Positions 50,746 through 60,392 of a DNA stretch of 64,000 nt are shown here, one piece after another. The DNA is taken from assembly GCA_963792945.1 (NCBI GenBank), contig CAWBYM010000017.1, positions 313,717 to 377,716 on the forward strand, in the 5' to 3' direction. Below the pieces are notes generated by a model. It did not search any database, was not told where the DNA came from, and saw only the letters and a list, made by a program, of their open reading frames with translations. The number at the start of each line of letters is the position of its first letter. The first letter of the stretch is position 1. Made by a program: the position numbers and the translations under genes. The DNA is from an uncultured delta proteobacterium (GTDB lineage: Bacteria; Desulfobacterota; Desulfobacteria; Desulfobacterales; SG8-13).

Positions 50746-51537
50746 ATGGCTTTCTATCGCAGGTGCTTTAAGGTACTATTTTGGGTCGCCGCGACGCTGA
50801 CCATCGGATGTGCCGGACCGGGGCAACTGCAAAAGCCTTTGTCGATTGTTGCGCCGGACGAGACGATTTTAAGGATCGGTGTTTCCGTGAAAGCGCCCCC
50901 GCTGATATTCAAGCACAACCAACAGATTGTCGGACTCGAGGCGGATTTTGCCGGTGAACTGGCGGCCTATATAGGCCGAAAGCCAGTGTTCGTTGAGTTG
51001 GAATGGAAGGACCAGATACCCGCACTATTGGACAACCGCATCGATATCATCATGTCCGGCATGACGATCACCGACGGGCGGAGGATGCGGATCAGTTTTT
51101 CTGAACCCTATTTCGTCAGCGGGCAAATGCCGATGATCCGCAGTGTGGATGCGTTGAAGTTTATCACCATGCGGAAGGACGGACGGATCGGTTACGTCAG
51201 GAGCACCACCGGCGAACATTTTGTCAAGCAATTATTCCCCGACACGTCAAAAAGCGGCTTCTCCGATTCCGAAGACGGCGTCAAGGCTCTGATCAACAAA
51301 AAAATCGATGTCCTGGTTCACGATGGCCCGATCATCCTCTATCTGGCCTCCAAATACGAATCGAAGGGGGTGACCCCGGTTTACAGCGTGCTGACCGAGG
51401 AATTCCTTGCCTGGGGTATCCGACGGGAAGACGTGGAATTGAGGGCAAAGACAAATAGCTTTCTGTCAGAGATCAAAAAAGACGGTCGCTTGGACGCGAT
51501 GATTCAACGCTGGATTCCTCTGGTCAGAAAGAATTAA
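50746..51537 (+). CDS. amino-acid-type ABC substrate-binding lipoprotein (family 3)
   Basis: AGGAGG at 50736-50741 precedes ATG 50746. Lipobox LTIGC. It is SBP_bac_3-like (IDIIMSGMTIT..R). No cognate permease or ATPase is adjacent. Confidence 0.75.
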   Translation: MAFYRRCFKVLFWVAATLTIGCAGPGQLQKPLSIVAPDETILRIGVSVKAPPLIFKHNQQIVGLEADFAGELAAYIGRKPVFVELEWKDQIPALLDNRIDIIMSGMTITDGRRMRISFSEPYFVSGQMPMIRSVDALKFITMRKDGRIGYVRSTTGEHFVKQLFPDTSKSGFSDSEDGVKALINKKIDVLVHDGPIILYLASKYESKGVTPVYSVLTEEFLAWGIRREDVELRAKTNSFLSEIKKDGRLDAMIQRWIPLVRKN

Positions 51538-51658
51538 GCGGCGGTTGGCACCAAAGGGTGGTGTCAACATTCAAACTCGCCTGATCGAGCCCTCACCCCC
51601 CTGTTCCTTGCGTCGCGCGCGCATGAGGGGAGACGCCCTTGGAATTGGACACGCCTTG

Positions 51659-52801
51659 CTATTTCAGCAGAGACCGGGCCACAATCGTTTTCTCGATCTC
51701 CTTGGTTCCTTCATAAATTTCGAGGATTTTGGCGTCGCGGTATAGCCGCTGGACTTTGTATTCATCGACATATCCGTATCCGCCATGGAGCTGAAGGGCC
51801 TCGTCGGCGCAGTCCACGGCCACCTTGCCTGAAAACCACTTGGCCATGGCCACAAGGGAATGATCGAGTCTTCCGCGGTCGGCCGACCAGGCGGCTTCGT
51901 AATAGAGATTGCGTGCGGCACGGATCCGGGTGGCCATTTCGGCCAGCTTGAACTGCGTTACCTGAAATGCGGCCAGCGGCTTGCCGAATTGGTGACGGCC
52001 CTTGGTGTGCCTCACGGCCTCCTCCAACGCCCCCCGCGCCAAGCCCACCGCCTGGGCACAGACATGCAGGCGGGTGTGGTTGAAGAAGGCCATCAACTGG
52101 TAGAATCCCTCGCTTTCCTGGCCCACGAGATTGGCCAACGGCACGTGCACGTCCGTTAAAATCAGTTCGGCGGTATCCGAGGCGCGGATGCCCAATTTGC
52201 CCTTGATCTTGACCGCTCTGAATCCCGATGTGTCGGTCGGTACGAGGATAAAGCTGTGGCGCCGATGCGGAGATTCGTTGGTCGGGTCGGTTTGGCAGAA
52301 CAGCAGCATGTAGTCGGCGACGGTGCCGTTGGTGGCAAACATTTTAGAGCCGTTGATGATCCAACTGTCGCCGGATCTCGCGGCGGAGGTGACGGCGCCC
52401 GTGACGTCGCACCCGGCATCGGGTTCGGTGATCGCCGTGCCCATTATTGCATCGCCGGATACCAACCGAGGCAGGACTGCTTCTTTCTGGCTTTCGGTGC
52501 CGTACATCGAGAGCAGCTCGGAGCCGAAGGTCGTTGACAGAACGGCACTGCCGATACCGGGATCGACGGCCCAGAACTCCTCGTTCAAAAGGCAGTGCTC
52601 GAAAAAGCCGTAGCCTGCGCCACCGTATTTCTCGTCGATGAAAACGCCCACGAAACCGAGATCGCAGGCCTTCTTCCATATGGCATAGTCGAAGGTCTCG
52701 TTGCGGTCGAATTCCACCGCCCGCTCGGTAAACTCCCCCAGGGCGAATTTGCGGGCGGCTTTGACGATGTCCTGCTGCTCTTTCGTCAGACTGAAGTCCA
52801 T
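51659..52801 (-). CDS. acyl-CoA dehydrogenase
   Basis: 380 aa with typical ACAD segments (GTAITEPDAGCDV, QLHGGYGY...RLYRDAKILEIYEGT). Confidence 0.9.
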   Translation of the reverse strand: MDFSLTKEQQDIVKAARKFALGEFTERAVEFDRNETFDYAIWKKACDLGFVGVFIDEKYGGAGYGFFEHCLLNEEFWAVDPGIGSAVLSTTFGSELLSMYGTESQKEAVLPRLVSGDAIMGTAITEPDAGCDVTGAVTSAARSGDSWIINGSKMFATNGTVADYMLLFCQTDPTNESPHRRHSFILVPTDTSGFRAVKIKGKLGIRASDTAELILTDVHVPLANLVGQESEGFYQLMAFFNHTRLHVCAQAVGLARGALEEAVRHTKGRHQFGKPLAAFQVTQFKLAEMATRIRAARNLYYEAAWSADRGRLDHSLVAMAKWFSGKVAVDCADEALQLHGGYGYVDEYKVQRLYRDAKILEIYEGTKEIEKTIVARSLLK

Positions 52802-52964
52802 TGTGTATTCCTCCTGCCCATCTCCAGTTTTTTATTGGCTGTTTTCAATCCGGGTGCCATGCACCCGCTGACAACCGCAACGATTGACCCACTCGGGTGC
52901 TTTTGCTTTTCCAGCCAAGGGCCAAAAATCCAAGCCACCCGCCTGGCGTGCGGTCGTTGACTCA

Positions 52965-54608
52965 TCAGGCTTCTTTTCGTCGCCGCTCTTCATCGCGGAT
53001 TTCCCGCCGCAGGAGTTTGCCGACTTTCGATTTGGGAAGCATGTCGCGGAACTCGATATATTGGGGGATTTTGTAGGAAGGCAGCATGTTACGGCACCAT
53101 TTGATCAGGTCATAGCCGGTGATGCCCTTGATATCGCTTTTCAATACCACAAAGGCCTTGATCCTTTGCCCGACTTTCTCATCCGGAAGGCCCACTACGC
53201 AGGCGCTGATAACGGCCGGGTGTTCCTGAATGACCGACTCGATCTCGGACGCCGATACGCGGTAACCCTTGTGCTTGATGGTGTCGATGGTCCGGTCGAC
53301 AAAATAGAGATGGCCTTCATTGTCCATGCGCATGATGTCGGCTGTGCGGTACCAGAGTCGATCATCCTTTTCGATGAAAGATGAGCGGGTTTCCTCTGGT
53401 TTGTTCAAATAGGCGCTGACCATGTGGGGTGAGGATACGAGTAGTTCGCCCGGTTCACCGGTTTCGACCGGTTCGAGGGAAACCGGATCGACGATTCGCA
53501 CTGCCTTGCTGGGCACGATGCGGCCGACGCTGCGGGGCGGGCTTTCGCCGTCGGTGGGGCACATGGAAACGCCGCCGCAGGTTTCGGTGGCGCCGTATCC
53601 CTGATAGATCGGTTTGCCGAATATGTCCTTCCAGCGGTTACCGACTTCCACCGGCAGCACGTCTCCGGCACTGTACCAGTAGTCGACCGAACTCAAGTCG
53701 TATTGTTCGAGACGCTCGTGTTCCAGAATCATACGATAGAGGGTCGGAACGCCGATCATGGTTCGGGCTCTGAAACGCTGGATGGCATCGAAGGTGGCAT
53801 CCAGGTTGATCCGGGGCTGCACCAGCAGTGTCCCGCCCACCAGGAGGGTGGCCAGGCTGCAGGTTTGGCCCAGGATGTGAAAAAGAGGGGCATTGCCCAT
53901 GATTACATTGTCCTGTGCCGAGAAGAGCGGAGTGCTGACCTGGATCTGTTCCAGCGCGGATGCGAGAAACAGGGCGTGGGAAATGGGTACGCCCTTGGGG
54001 AATTTGGTGGTGCCGCCGGTATAGAGGATTTCTGCCGGGTGACTGCCGTCGGCGGTTGCCGGCTGCTCGTCGTCGGTCCGGGGTTGATACGACCGGATCA
54101 GGTTGCGGAATGAATAGACATCCGGAGCATAGTTGACGGCTCCACGGGGCACGACGTCGAAAAGGTAACCGAATCCGCGTTTCCACCAGGGGAGAAGATC
54201 GGCCATCTTGACGATGACCGCACGCTGCAGGGGGGTGTCGTCGAACACCTTGCGCACGTAGCCATAGTTTGTGTCGGCGCATATGATGGTTTCGGCAGCG
54301 CAGTCTGTGGCGATATATTTCAGGTCGTGGGGGGTGTAGATCGGTGTGATGGGAACGCTGACTCCGCCGGCTTTCATGATTCCCAGCCAGGCCACTATCC
54401 ATTGGATGCTGTTGGGAATGTAGAGCATGACTTTCCGGCCGTTGCCAGCATTCAGATCAACCAATGCGGCCGCCAGCCGTTCCGCCTTTTCCGCCAGCCA
54501 GCGGTAGGAGAATCGGCTGCCGAGGTAAATCACGGCCGTATGCGATCCACGCTCATCGGCGGTCGATCGGAACGACTGATAAATGGGGTCTGATTTCGAT
54601 GTTTGCAT
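52965..54608 (-). CDS. AMP-forming acyl-CoA synthetase / ligase
   Basis: AMP-binding motif YTGGTTKFPKGV, then GYGATE, YRTADI and KVGKLLRR. I chose ATG 54608. Confidence 0.85.
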   Translation of the reverse strand: MQTSKSDPIYQSFRSTADERGSHTAVIYLGSRFSYRWLAEKAERLAAALVDLNAGNGRKVMLYIPNSIQWIVAWLGIMKAGGVSVPITPIYTPHDLKYIATDCAAETIICADTNYGYVRKVFDDTPLQRAVIVKMADLLPWWKRGFGYLFDVVPRGAVNYAPDVYSFRNLIRSYQPRTDDEQPATADGSHPAEILYTGGTTKFPKGVPISHALFLASALEQIQVSTPLFSAQDNVIMGNAPLFHILGQTCSLATLLVGGTLLVQPRINLDATFDAIQRFRARTMIGVPTLYRMILEHERLEQYDLSSVDYWYSAGDVLPVEVGNRWKDIFGKPIYQGYGATETCGGVSMCPTDGESPPRSVGRIVPSKAVRIVDPVSLEPVETGEPGELLVSSPHMVSAYLNKPEETRSSFIEKDDRLWYRTADIMRMDNEGHLYFVDRTIDTIKHKGYRVSASEIESVIQEHPAVISACVVGLPDEKVGQRIKAFVVLKSDIKGITGYDLIKWCRNMLPSYKIPQYIEFRDMLPKSKVGKLLRREIRDEERRRKEA

Positions 54609-54689
54609 ATGACGGGTTACCCCTGCAATCGGCAAGGATCATACAGGACCGCCGGAGGCGGGCTGTCCGGAAACAGCCGGCCGGTGGTT

Positions 54690-55436
54690 TTATACGCCGA
54701 AATAGGCCGATTTGACTTCCGGGTTGGCCATCAACTCCTGGCCGGAGTCTGTCAAGGTCAGCATACCGTTCTCGATGACATAGCCCCGGTCGATGACCGG
54801 CAGCACCGGGCGGGCGAACTGTTCGCTCAGAACGACGGTGATACCCGCGGTGTCGCGCAGCGAGACGATGGCATCGACCACTGAGTGCTGAATCATCGGG
54901 CTCAAGCCCAGCAGGGGTTCATCCAGCAAGAGCAGCTTAGGGCCGACCACAAGGGTCATGCCGATAGCCAGCATTTGCTGCTCGCCACCGCTGAGAAATC
55001 CGGCTTTGCGGGACTTCAGATTCAATAGAACCGGAAACAGGTCGAAGACGCGATCAATGGCCGATTTCGTTTCCAGTTTCGCCCGCAGGTACCCGGCGAT
55101 CTTCAGGTTTTCCAGAACACTGCTTTCCGGAAACACCGGATGGCGTTCGCGGGACAGGACAATCCCTTTCTTTACGCGCTCGCTCGGTTTGAGATGTGTG
55201 ATGTCTTCGCCTTCGAACAGTATATCTCCGTAGACCGTTATCCGCTCGCCACCCTTGCGCTGCTCCTTGATGCGCATGTCTATGATCAGGCCCGAAAGGG
55301 CATTCATCAAGGTGGTTTTCCCGGCGCTGTTCGAACCGATCACTCCCACGATTTCTCCCCGGCTGACCGTCATCGAAAAATCGTTGAGCGCCAAGGCGTT
55401 TTCGAAGAACACCATGAGGTTGTTTACTTGAAGCAT
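54690..55436 (-). CDS. livF: branched-chain amino acid-type ABC transporter ATP-binding protein (LivF-like)
   Basis: GSNSAGKTT Walker A, the LSGGEQQML signature, and a Liv-type C-terminus ...VKSAYFGV. Confidence 0.85.
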   Translation of the reverse strand: MLQVNNLMVFFENALALNDFSMTVSRGEIVGVIGSNSAGKTTLMNALSGLIIDMRIKEQRKGGERITVYGDILFEGEDITHLKPSERVKKGIVLSRERHPVFPESSVLENLKIAGYLRAKLETKSAIDRVFDLFPVLLNLKSRKAGFLSGGEQQMLAIGMTLVVGPKLLLLDEPLLGLSPMIQHSVVDAIVSLRDTAGITVVLSEQFARPVLPVIDRGYVIENGMLTLTDSGQELMANPEVKSAYFGV

Positions 55437-55590
55437 AATTTTCTATTGGTAGTAATTTGAGTCAGAGCCATGGTTTCACCACAAAGAGGCAGCGAATATG
55501 TATGTTGCGGATTTTCCTCAAACCCTCTATTTTTCTAGCGCGATCTTTTGGCACCAAACACGAAACACAAAAAACCAAACACCAAAAACT

Positions 55591-56340
55591 TCACTCGCTT
55601 CCCAAATAAGCGTTTTTCACCGCCGCACTGTCCATAACGTCCACTGCGCTGCCGTCGGCGATTTTCTGCCCGAAATTGAGAACGATCACGCGATCGGCTA
55701 TTCGGAAAAGCTCTTTCAGGCGGTGCTCGATCATGATGATCGTTTTGCCCTCTGTACGTAATTTTTCGATAATGGGCAGGATGCTGGCGACCTCGGCCAG
55801 GCTCAGGCCCGAGAAAAGCTCATCCAGAATCACCAGATCGGGCTGCAGTGCGATGGCCTTGGCCAATTCCAGACGTTTCAGATATCCCTGGGGCAGCGCG
55901 CTGGCGATCTTGTAGGCCACGCGGGCGTCACGCTCAAATCCGACCTCTTCCAATAAGTCGAGCGCAACCGCATCCCTGTCGCCATATTTACCCCCGACCA
56001 GTTTTTTAACCCGGGGCGAATACAAGGGTATGATCATATTTTTGTATGCCGGAAGTTGATAGAAGGGCTTGACCATCTGAAACGTCCGGGCGATGCCGAA
56101 CCGGACGGTTTTGTAGGCCGGTTGTCCGGTGATGTCCCGCCCCTTGAAGAGCACCGTACCACTGGAGGGTTTGACGAAACCGGTGATCAGGTTGACGGCC
56201 GTTGTTTTTCCCGAACCGTTAGGACCGATAATTCCCAGGAGTTCGCCCGGGGCGAGATCGAAAGTCAAATCGGTGATGGCCTGCACGCCCCCGAAATTCT
56301 TGTGCAGACCGGTAACGTCGAGTAGAGGCGGGGTTGTCAT
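55591..56340 (-). CDS. livG: branched-chain amino acid-type ABC transporter ATP-binding protein (LivG-like)
   Basis: MTTPPLLDVTGLHKNFGGV and GPNGSGKTT. ATG 56340 overlaps the livM stop (ATGA). The 163-codon N-terminal extension in the track ORF lies inside livM and was rejected. Confidence 0.85.
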   Translation of the reverse strand: MTTPPLLDVTGLHKNFGGVQAITDLTFDLAPGELLGIIGPNGSGKTTAVNLITGFVKPSSGTVLFKGRDITGQPAYKTVRFGIARTFQMVKPFYQLPAYKNMIIPLYSPRVKKLVGGKYGDRDAVALDLLEEVGFERDARVAYKIASALPQGYLKRLELAKAIALQPDLVILDELFSGLSLAEVASILPIIEKLRTEGKTIIMIEHRLKELFRIADRVIVLNFGQKIADGSAVDVMDSAAVKNAYLGSE

Positions 56341-57377
56341 TGATCCACCTCCACCCAGCGCTCGACCTGGTGATACTTGCGTTGGAGGAAGTGAAAAATT
56401 CCTTCGGGCAGCGCTACGATGAAGACCACCAGGAACACGCCGTAGAACACGATCCGCAGCCCGCCGGCTCCCCGCAGGAGCTCCGAGAGCGGCACGAGAA
56501 TGAATGCGCCCAGAGTGGCGCCGGCCAGAGATCCAGGGCCGCCGACCACAGCGGCGGCTATCGGTAAAATCGAGTAATCGAGTGCGAACACGGGCATACC
56601 CACAAACATGTATACATGGGTCAAAAATGCACCGGCGAAGGCACCGATGCCACTGGCGATCAGCAGCGCTTGGGTTTTGTACCAGTAGATGTTGATGCCG
56701 GCATTGAGGACCGAGCGGTCGTTGTCGCGGATACCCTTCAGGACCAGTCCATAATCGGAGCTCAGCATGCGACGGAACCCGAACAGGGCCGCCAGCATGG
56801 TACCGGTGACCACATACAGTTCCAGCCATTTGGATGGAATTGGTGTCATTCCGGTCAGCCCTTCGGTTCCGCCGAAAATGCGCGTGGCCTCAATCAATCG
56901 CACCAGCATCAACGGCAGGATCAGCGTCACCATGGAAAAATAGATTCCCCTGAGGCGTAGAACCGGCAGCAGCAGCGCCGTGCAAATCAGGCCGCCGCAC
57001 ACCGCAGCTATCGGTATGGTCACAACCGGCGGCAGCCCCCAATAGTGGTTGAGGATGCCCGTGATGTAGGCGCCCATGCCGAAGAAGAGCGCTTGCCCCA
57101 AGGATATCATACCTGTCTGGGCCAGAATGTCCCAACTGATGGCCAGCAGAGCGAAAACGGCCACCGAGAGCAGGACTTTCTGCCAGTAGGTACCCAGCAC
57201 CAGCGGCAGTAAGAGGCAAATCAAGATCGGAAGAACCCGCGGGCCGGCCAGATAGAGCATTTCGCGCCAGCCGCACAAGGCGAACACGTCGCCCGATCTG
57301 ACGTTGATTCCACGGTCAATGCGTTCCTTGCGTTTGGGCACGCTCCTAAATCCTCTCTTCCAGTTCCTTTTGTTCAC
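56337..57377 (-). CDS. livM: branched-chain amino acid-type ABC transporter permease (LivM-like)
   Basis: Polytopic Liv-type permease. The start is uncertain (ATG 57377 overlaps livH by 32 nt; the alternative is ATG 57260). Confidence 0.8.
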   Translation of the reverse strand: MNKRNWKRGFRSVPKRKERIDRGINVRSGDVFALCGWREMLYLAGPRVLPILICLLLPLVLGTYWQKVLLSVAVFALLAISWDILAQTGMISLGQALFFGMGAYITGILNHYWGLPPVVTIPIAAVCGGLICTALLLPVLRLRGIYFSMVTLILPLMLVRLIEATRIFGGTEGLTGMTPIPSKWLELYVVTGTMLAALFGFRRMLSSDYGLVLKGIRDNDRSVLNAGINIYWYKTQALLIASGIGAFAGAFLTHVYMFVGMPVFALDYSILPIAAAVVGGPGSLAGATLGAFILVPLSELLRGAGGLRIVFYGVFLVVFIVALPEGIFHFLQRKYHQVERWVEVDQ

Positions 57378-58218
57378 CGAAAAGTCCGGACGGTTTGACG
57401 GCGAGAACGACCAGTATGGCGGCCAGGCTGACGATCATCGTCCAATGGGAACTCACATAAGTGTCGGTGAACCGTTCGGCAAAACCGATCAGAAAACTGG
57501 CTGCCAGAACCCCCCCCGTACTGCCCAACCCGCCGATGATACACACGGCCAGGGCTTTGATCAGCACGTCGTAGCCTTCAGCGGGCGCAATGCTGCCGAG
57601 TGGGATGATTATCGTTGCGGCAAACGCCGCCATCCCGGCGCCCATGGCGACGCTCAGCAGGGCAATTCGGTCGGAATCGATACCGAGCGTCAGGGCGGTA
57701 CGCTCGTCCTGCGCAATCCCGCGAAACGCCAGCCCCAGCCGGGTGTGATGCGTAAACCACCAGAGCAATAAAATCACTGCCGTGCCGATGATGACGATCA
57801 ACAGGCGTTGCATATCGATGTAGACACCGGCAATGATGATGCTGTCGTCTATGAAGACCGGAAGGGTATATTCGAATCCGACAAAACCGAGGTAACGGAA
57901 GATTTCCAATATCGCCAGTCCGATGCCAAATGTGGCAATGACTTCCGATAGGGCCTGGCCCCGAACGCGCAGCAGGACAAACCGGTACATGGCCGCTCCG
58001 ACCAGCATGGTCAACAGGACGGAGAACACGGCGGCAATGGGGTAGGGCAGCCCCACCAGATTGAGTCCCATCCAGGTGGTGTAGGCTGAAAAGATATACA
58101 GTGCGCCGTAGGCGAAGTTGGCTACTCCGCTGATGCCAAAGGTCAGGTTAAACCCGATGGCCATCAATGCCAGGATGACGGAATTGATGATAGCGTAAAC
58201 AACGGTACCCAGGAACAT
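57346..58218 (-). CDS. livH: branched-chain amino acid-type ABC transporter permease (LivH-like)
   Basis: 290 aa, polytopic, with the N-terminus MFLGTVVYAIINSVILALMAIGFNLTFG typical of LivH. Confidence 0.85.
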   Translation of the reverse strand: MFLGTVVYAIINSVILALMAIGFNLTFGISGVANFAYGALYIFSAYTTWMGLNLVGLPYPIAAVFSVLLTMLVGAAMYRFVLLRVRGQALSEVIATFGIGLAILEIFRYLGFVGFEYTLPVFIDDSIIIAGVYIDMQRLLIVIIGTAVILLLWWFTHHTRLGLAFRGIAQDERTALTLGIDSDRIALLSVAMGAGMAAFAATIIIPLGSIAPAEGYDVLIKALAVCIIGGLGSTGGVLAASFLIGFAERFTDTYVSSHWTMIVSLAAILVVLAVKPSGLFGEQKELEERI

Positions 58219-58367
58219 GAGTGCAGCAGTCGTCGTAAGTGTATGCGTTCAGGTCGCGATCGTTTTCGTGCGGATTGTCCGTGGTAGCGTTCAAGAGTGT
58301 GCTACCCACATTGGCAAGCCTCATTCCCGGCCGGGTGTGCGAACCGCAAATGACAGGGCTACGGGTG

Positions 58368-59642
58368 TCATTTCAACGATTTGAGTCCGGCAGGTAGCGA
58401 TATTTTGCCTTCGGCGATGGATTCCGGAAACACGATGACGCGTTGCCCGCTGTCGGTCCACTGAAAAACGGCGGCCACAGCCGTTTCTGCAGGGTCAAAA
58501 CCGTACACGGCTTGATGCCCTTCATCATAGCGGATACGGCCCATGACGCCGATGCGGTCCGTTTTTTCAATAGCGGCCACGAGGGCATCGGGATCGATGC
58601 TGCCAGCACGTTCGATGGCTTCTGCCAGAATGTAGACAGACTCGTATGACGGTGCGGGACCGTGACCGGCCTGCAGCGGTTTTTGGTAGGTCTTTTCATA
58701 GGCATCGTCGAATTTAACCGAAGCGGGCACCTTGTCGCTGGAGATGGCGCTGCCGAGTTCGAAGATGCTGTTCATGGCGCCGCCGATTTTCTTGTCGAAG
58801 GTCTTCCAGGCGTCAGATCCGGCTAACGGCGAGATGAACCCGGCCATAATGGCGGGGACTTCCATTGCCTTCCACTGCTTGACCAGGATGCCACTCTGCG
58901 GCATGTCGAAAATCGGCATGATCACCTGGGCGCCACTGGCGCGGGCTTTCATCAGTGCGGAGGAAAAATCGGATGTGCCGGTGGGGTAGGCCTCTTCTCC
59001 CACAACTGTCCAGCCGGCCTCGTCAAAGTACATTTTTTTTACGAAGCCTGCAGTCGCCCGGGCCCAGGCCACATCCTGATGCAGCACATAGACTTTGTTG
59101 AACCCGAATTCCTTGTGGATCAGTCCCATGGTGCCGGCCAGGTATTTGACCAGATGGACGGCATTCAGGCAGGTCCTGAAAATGTATTTGTACTTGCCCG
59201 GATCTTCTTTGAGCTTTTTCTCCGAGCCCGGGCTCATGGCAATGGTGCCGAGCATGGGGACCTTGTACTTGGCGATAATGTCCATACCCGCCATCAACGC
59301 TTCGGAACGGAAAGGACCGATCACGATGGCGGCCGGTTTCTTTTCGAGAATGATTTTTTCGATACCGAGCAGGGCTTCCGGCACCGGCACCCCGGGGGCG
59401 GCGTCCCGAATGTCGATGGCGGCGACCTGCAGGGGGCGCATTTCATTCCCTACCTTGACACCGCCCTTGGCATTGATCTCGCTGACGGCCATCTGGACGG
59501 CTTTGTGGGATTCCTTGCCTTCAAGGAAACCCAGAGATGTCGGTACGGCGATGACGATCGGTTCCGCGGCGAAGATATCGGCCTCGGGCGACTGGAATCC
59601 GAATAGGACGATAGCCAGAAAACAGGTGATGAGTCTTCTCAT
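58368..59642 (-). CDS. Liv-type (family 6) periplasmic substrate-binding protein
   Basis: Signal peptide MRRLITCFLAIVLFGF. 424 aa, with a Peripla_BP_6-like pattern. It is the first gene of the liv-type operon. Confidence 0.8.
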   Translation of the reverse strand: MRRLITCFLAIVLFGFQSPEADIFAAEPIVIAVPTSLGFLEGKESHKAVQMAVSEINAKGGVKVGNEMRPLQVAAIDIRDAAPGVPVPEALLGIEKIILEKKPAAIVIGPFRSEALMAGMDIIAKYKVPMLGTIAMSPGSEKKLKEDPGKYKYIFRTCLNAVHLVKYLAGTMGLIHKEFGFNKVYVLHQDVAWARATAGFVKKMYFDEAGWTVVGEEAYPTGTSDFSSALMKARASGAQVIMPIFDMPQSGILVKQWKAMEVPAIMAGFISPLAGSDAWKTFDKKIGGAMNSIFELGSAISSDKVPASVKFDDAYEKTYQKPLQAGHGPAPSYESVYILAEAIERAGSIDPDALVAAIEKTDRIGVMGRIRYDEGHQAVYGFDPAETAVAAVFQWTDSGQRVIVFPESIAEGKISLPAGLKSLK

Positions 59643-60088
59643 GTCGGGTCTCCTCGGGTGGGCCTGGTGTCAGGCAGGTTGGAAAATTGAATACGATTCA
59701 TTAAATGATGCCTTTACAGCTAAATTGTAGCTATAGGACTCACTCGGGGTTGTCAAGAGAATAATGATGCAACAGCGTGGTATCTCACATAGCCGTTGCG
59801 GCCGCGCCATCAGGGGGCCCGGCGATCTCCAGGCCGTCCCGTGGGCTTGGCCGGTCAGGGTGGTCATCATCTGTCGGCCGCGGTCGATGGCCATTTGATT
59901 TTATCCATTTATAGGCTTATGGGCGGAATCAAGGCCTGCCCACGGCCGACGGTGCGGCCGGGTTTGGGGTACACGGGGGACGGGTTACAACTTGCTTTAC
60001 GGGTTCAAGCAGGATATTGAAACATGGAGATTCAACTCCGTACCCCACGATTTGCAGCCATCGAGCTTGTTCAGACAAGGAGTCGCCA

Positions 60089-60361
60089 GTGAGTGTCACC
60101 ATACATCTTCACAAGACCCATCGCCCTTTCGTGGACGGACAGGCCTCGATCGAGACCACGGGGCGCACGGTGGGCGAGTGCCTCGAGAACTTACTGGGGC
60201 GTTATCCGGAGCTGAGGCCGCAGGTGTTCGATGCCGGCGGGAAGCTTCAGCGGACCATCGAAATATATTTAAACATGGCGAGCGCATTTCCCGATGAATT
60301 GGCCAAACCGACCAAGGACGGCGACCAGATTCATGTGACTCTGATGCTGGCGGGGGGCTGA
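60089..60361 (+). CDS. MoaD/ThiS family ubiquitin-like small protein ending in Gly-Gly
   Basis: 90 aa from GTG 60089, with AAGGAG 6 nt upstream. The C-terminus is ...GDQIHVTLMLAGG followed by the stop. The 24 upstream codons of the track ORF were rejected. Confidence 0.6.
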   Translation: MSVTIHLHKTHRPFVDGQASIETTGRTVGECLENLLGRYPELRPQVFDAGGKLQRTIEIYLNMASAFPDELAKPTKDGDQIHVTLMLAGG

Positions 60362-60392
60362 TGCACCTCGGGCGCCTTTTGAGATAACGACT

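Noticed and set aside
56341-56829. A 163-codon N-terminal extension of the livG ORF (the track ORF is 412 aa).
   Set aside because: It lies wholly inside livM in another frame and is R/P/G-rich. The LivG-type N-terminus begins at ATG 56340, which overlaps the livM stop (ATGA).
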